Shown here: piece by piece, positions 59,664-64,000 of the stretch | Layout of the letters: each line of letters begins with the position of its first letter | Position numbering within the stretch: the first letter of the stretch is position 1 | Origin: Hormiphora californensis | Taxonomy: Eukaryota; Animalia; Ctenophora | Assembly: GCA_020137815.1 (NCBI GenBank) | Contig: CM035358.1 | Coordinates: forward strand, 4,340,001 to 4,404,000 | Direction of reading: 5' to 3' | Length of the DNA stretch: 64,000 nt | Translations under genes and position numbers: made by a program | Notes under the pieces: model-generated | Told to the model about the DNA's origin: nothing | Database searches by the model: none | What the model saw: only the letters and a program-made list of their open reading frames with translations

Positions 59664-59919
59664 CCCAAGCAACAATTGTATTGTTTTGTTCAAAGGAGGG
59701 GGAGGAGGGTCGAACAAGGCAACAATTTTAGCCCTCACTCAGGTTTCATGAAATTTCCTACGGTCATTGCTCCACCCTCTGATGAGATAGAGAATTGAGA
59801 TTTTGAGGTTAGGAAGATCATGTTGAGTTCATCCTAACATTAAAATATCAAGTCTCTATCTCTAAACGTAGTGGGAAGTTTCGCAAAAACCCGAGTGATG
59901 GCTAAAATTGTTGCTTGGG
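59664..59919. mobile_element. Small TIR element whose left TIR is interrupted by a ~45-bp palindromic unit
   Basis: CCCAAGCAACAATT[insert]TTAGCC...GGCTAAAATTGTTGCTTGGG. Confidence 0.7.
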
Positions 59920-60724
59920 TTTTAGTGTAGGTGATTTTATTTTGACTAACATTCAAAAGCATAGCCTGCACAAACTCATGTGCTGCACACGCCAACTTAT
60001 CTGCTACTAAAACCGCCCTGTAATTTTCTTGTTATCTCCTTTTTTATGAGTTCTGTGCCCCATTTTGTGACGTCTTTACATTCCTTGTAAAAAGGAAGAG
60101 AGAATGTTATAGGCTTCACACCAAACGTTTCCTGTTTCATGAATATTCAAACGACTGCAGCAGTGTAAACCTGATCTCCATTCTTCTTTTTGTTAGGTAT
60201 ACTTTATGGCTTGGGTATTCCTTAATTTTATGCGTTTGATGTTTGGTTGCCCGGCACGAAATTAGACATTGAGCACATTGACCGTGAGTCACTATGTCGC
60301 CATGGTAACTAATGCCCTCGTCCCTTTGAATTCTGAACACAAATTTTCCAGCTCTTCTAATTTGTATATAATATTTGTGCACAATTGTCCTAGATTCCCA
60401 GTTCATTATTATATGATTAGATGACTGGTTAAAATGGTCTATTACTTTTTAGTGCACGAGGCCGAAGGCCGAGTGTTCTAAATACAACAATAATGAACCG
60501 AGACCGACAGGTCGAGGTAGATCCTTTTACTTAGCTGCCGAGCCTGCGAGGCACGCTAAGTGTAACTACTGAGCGAGCCTGCGAGCTCTGTAGTTGTACT
60601 TTTGGGCCGAGCCTGCGAGGCCTAAAAGTGAAAGAACCTTTAATATTATTGTTGTGTAATAGACCATGTAAAAGCAGTCATCTAATTTTATTAGATGATT
60701 TTGGAAACAAACTGAGTGAACGAG

Positions 60725-60972
<248 letters not shown>

Positions 60973-61473
60973 AAGAGAGAATCGAAGGCAGAGAGGGAAA
61001 GCAGATGCAGGACGCTCATTGGGGTGGTGCCATCACGTGACCATCACGTGACCTATAGTTGCAGAGGGGAAGAAAAGATAAGGGTTAGGGCGTGTGCACT
61101 GTGCAGTAGTTAGGGCGTGTGTACTGTGTAGTGACGTAATGTTCACACTGTGTGCGTGTGACTAGAAAGTGTCTAATTTTTCACATACCACTGGAACGGT
61201 ATTTTACTTTATAATTACTAGTGTTTTTGCAGTGGTCTAAGTTTTCACAGTACACTGTAACCACCGGAAACGGTGTACTGTGAAAACTTAGATAACCGGT
61301 TAAAATTGTCTAATATCAGATTAACACACTTCTATCATTATAGATGTATTCAGATATCACTGCAGAAGATCAGGATGATAGCCCGATCACGTGGAATGTC
61401 TCAGAACACGTGTGTATCAGTAACTGTCTCAACTCAACCCTATCATTTTACCCCGCCCCAGATCGTCTCATAG

Positions 61474-62385
61474 CGGTCATTCCTGTCCATTCTCATCCTA
61501 TTCGGTCTCCCAACTAACCTCCTATCCCTGGGATACTTCCTCAGCAAAAAGGGCCACTCCTTCGCGACCATTCTCTACCGTGCCATCTGTGTCCTGGATA
61601 TCTCAATAACAATCCTAGTGATACCTGTCATTATCTCCCTGGCCAATGGACGTCACCCAATGTGGTTTGACAGTTGGCCCTTCTGTGTCGGCTGGGCTGT
61701 CCTCTTCAACTTCCTCCAACTCGCATCTCCCTTCTCCGTCTTGTTACTCAGTGTGTCCAGGACAATAGCCATTGTAAAGCCCTTCTACACGGTGAACAGG
61801 CGGGCTGCTCTCTACGCAACTATCGCCTACTTTGTCATTGCTGAAGGATATGAATTGATCCTCACTCTGTTTAAAGGATATTTCCAGACCGTATATCAAT
61901 ATGATATCCAGGTCGCCTACTGCTACTACCTCCTCAACAGCCCAGCTTGGAAAGTGTTTGATGAGACTCGCTCTGCCATTATCACCGGGGTGATGCCGCT
62001 TGTCATAGCAACGAGTTTTGGAATTTCCATCTGGAACTTCCTGACCCAGGGCACGGTAGCAGATGACCTGAAGGATCGTCACAGGGCGTCAATTACAATG
62101 ACAATGTTTACAGGCATGTTTCTGGTGTGTAATATACCAAACTTTGCAAACTATGTTCTTTATGTTGTAACGATAAACACTGGGACATACCCCGGGACTG
62201 TCTATGCGAATAGTTTTATGTACAATTATAGCTGGTTAATTTCCGAAATTTTGGGACTCGTTCTGAACTCAGCATTGAATCCTATACTGTATTTATGTCG
62301 CATGAAAGGTCTCAAGAGGTGGCTTGTGTATAAGTTACTGAGGCAAGATGGGTATGAGCATAGTGCTATGACTGGAAAGTTTTAG
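61474..62385 (+). CDS. Rhodopsin-class (class A) GPCR, 7TM in one exon; 5' end unresolved
   Basis: The frame is open from 61474: GLPTN (TM1), CVLD (TM2), FC..W, LSVSRTIAIVKPF (DRY-equivalent SRT), FLVCNIP (TM6), NSALNPILY (TM7). Confidence 0.85.
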   Translation, partial: RSFLSILILFGLPTNLLSLGYFLSKKGHSFATILYRAICVLDISITILVIPVIISLANGRHPMWFDSWPFCVGWAVLFNFLQLASPFSVLLLSVSRTIAIVKPFYTVNRRAALYATIAYFVIAEGYELILTLFKGYFQTVYQYDIQVAYCYYLLNSPAWKVFDETRSAIITGVMPLVIATSFGISIWNFLTQGTVADDLKDRHRASITMTMFTGMFLVCNIPNFANYVLYVVTINTGTYPGTVYANSFMYNYSWLISEILGLVLNSALNPILYLCRMKGLKRWLVYKLLRQDGYEHSAMTGKF

Positions 62386-62514
62386 CGTTGCTTTTAGTGT
62401 CAAGTTTGTATGTTTATTTTAGCTGTTATTTTAGCGCTTGTTTAAAAAAGTTGTAATATCGTTATTTGGAGACCGATGAAACTAGTTTTTAGTTCAAATA
62501 ACTCATTTCTCACA

Positions 62515-63505
62515 GCATTTACCTCTAAGGCCTGTACTGCAAAAAATTACCTTGAACTAAAATGGCTCAAACCACCGTTTCGGCTAATTCAAAGAGTATC
62601 TGATACTAAGTGTTAACTTTACAGGCTACCCTTAACCCTTATTCTAGCCATAACCGGCATAACTCTACTAAACCCAGAACCCTGTCTGGCGCCGCTAAAA
62701 TCGATAAAAAAGCAGTGTCGACGCCGTGTGTACCGGCGGAATGGTTGGGGGGGCCAAATGTTTGGTGTTGAAAAACTTTGCCGCTTTTTGTACAGTTTCA
62801 GATGAAATCTGAGCAAAGATATACTGATCAGCCCTAAGGTTTGCCCTATTAAAACTGATGTTCCGTCATCGGCTGTATGATTCATGCGCCGTTACGACCT
62901 GGGTGTTCGGAGGCCTGTTTACAGGTGCGTGCTGCCAAAAAAGTACCATGCACTAAAACGGCTCTAACCGCCAAAGCACTCAACCGTTTTGGTTAATTCA
63001 AAGTTTATATGATAGAAGTTGTAAAGCCTTAACCCAAACCCAAACCCCAGCGCTAACCCTAACCCTATTTTAGCCTTTACCCTAAAAAACCGTGAGTGCT
63101 GACACTCCAAACACCCAGATTTTAGAGTCGAGCTCGATCTGGGTGTTTGGAGGCCTGTTTACAGGTGCGCACTGTGCACTGCCAAAAAAGTTGATTAACT
63201 AAAATGACTCTATGTAAATGTAAATGTAAATTATGCACTTAATATCCCACTCAATAGTGAATATATACCCAGAAAAATGGTGCCAACGCACAGTGCGTTA
63301 CGCACTCTCTAAAGTATCACTTTCTCAAACCACTCAAACCACTCAAACCACTCATCCGTTTTGGCTAATTCAAAGTTTATCTGGTAGGAAATGGCAAGGC
63401 CAAACCCCAATCCAAACCCCAACCCTAACCCTAACCCTACTTTAGCCCTAACCCTGAAAAACCGTTTGTCAGCACTCACGAAACACCCAGAATTTAACGC
63501 TGGCC
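62515..63505 (+). repeat. Cluster of three CCCTAA-containing element copies (same family as 29317)
   Basis: Degenerate copy ~62515-62700, copy 62886-63122, and copy 63136-63505 (with an (ATGTAA)n-containing insert). Shared GGGTGTTTGGAGGCCTGTTTACAGGTGCG and AACCCTAACCCTA. Confidence 0.85.
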
Positions 63506-63751
63506 TCGAGAGATCGAGCGAGTTGTGATTTTCTCCGAGCAAAAAACGACGCGCGTGCGTGCGCGGCGTAAATTCTGGATTTGCGCGTAACCCAGTTGCG
63601 GTTTTGCGCGTTTTTTAAAACCACCTTTTTTTTTGGGGGGGGAGAGCGCTCCCGTATTAAAACCTTGGTTCCGAGAGTACTCGGATGTACATGATGCATG
63701 CGCTCTCTGGCGCCAAAGGAACTCTGTGCTATAAGGCACTACAACAATCAA

Positions 63752-64000
63752 TTACATCAGATATAAATCTTCAGTAGTGTCCTCTCTCAGTCTTCCTCTG
63801 AACCCTCGAAGTGAAAGAGTGACACTCCTCACCATCGAGAAGGACAATCTTAGGCGAATATATCTCACACACTCTTCGTATCTGTTGCCACTCTTGTCTG
63901 ATTTCTTTTCTGCAAGATGCTTTACGAAGCGGGAGAACTCGCGCCCGAGGCCGCCAGTTGTTGCCATAACCAGGGGAGTAAATGCTCCACCATCCACTTC
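63752..64000 (-). mobile_element. 3' end of a second, diverged CRE-like retrotransposon (runs off window end)
   Basis: EVDGGAFTPLVMATTGGLG..YIRLRLSFSMVRS..LRG aligns with EQGSFTPLVFSTSGGFA..FIREKTRFSLLRS..LRG of the first element. Confidence 0.88.

Noticed and set aside
60440-60660. GAGGCCGAAGGCCGAG and GAGCCTGCGAG mini-hairpin repeats (similar motifs at ~6530 and ~8335)
   Set aside because: Probably old non-autonomous element remnants; no boundaries or TSD could be defined.

Overview
Repeat-rich animal genomic DNA with short spliceosomal introns. It is probably a ctenophore (Pleurobrachia-like), an inference from gene style and a 109-bp MITE recalled from memory, not verified. Host genes: a complete 12-exon DEG/ENaC/ASIC channel (20035-25000, 495 aa), two small spliced genes (25905-27088; a 4-TM protein at 27608-28308), two tRNA-Ser(GCT), a multi-RGS-domain gene (RGS22/RGSL-like, minus, 46792-51362) and a rhodopsin-class GPCR (61474-62385). 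The centre holds a 15-kb stack of five nested elements. A small CCCTAA-containing element with a 10-bp TSD (29317-44327) carries a full-length CRE-clade RT/restriction-like-endonuclease retrotransposon with an N-terminal PHD-like finger. That retrotransposon is interrupted by a long-TIR DNA element, an intact and very young Ty3/Gypsy element, and a hAT MITE; removing these three restores one stop-free 1072-aa ORF. Also present: a TRIM-like mini LTR element inside a decayed Gypsy, piggyBac/mariner/hAT/CACTA-type MITEs, a tRNA-derived SINE, several minisatellites with higher-order structure, perfect hairpins, and a dispersed ~45-bp REP-like palindrome family.
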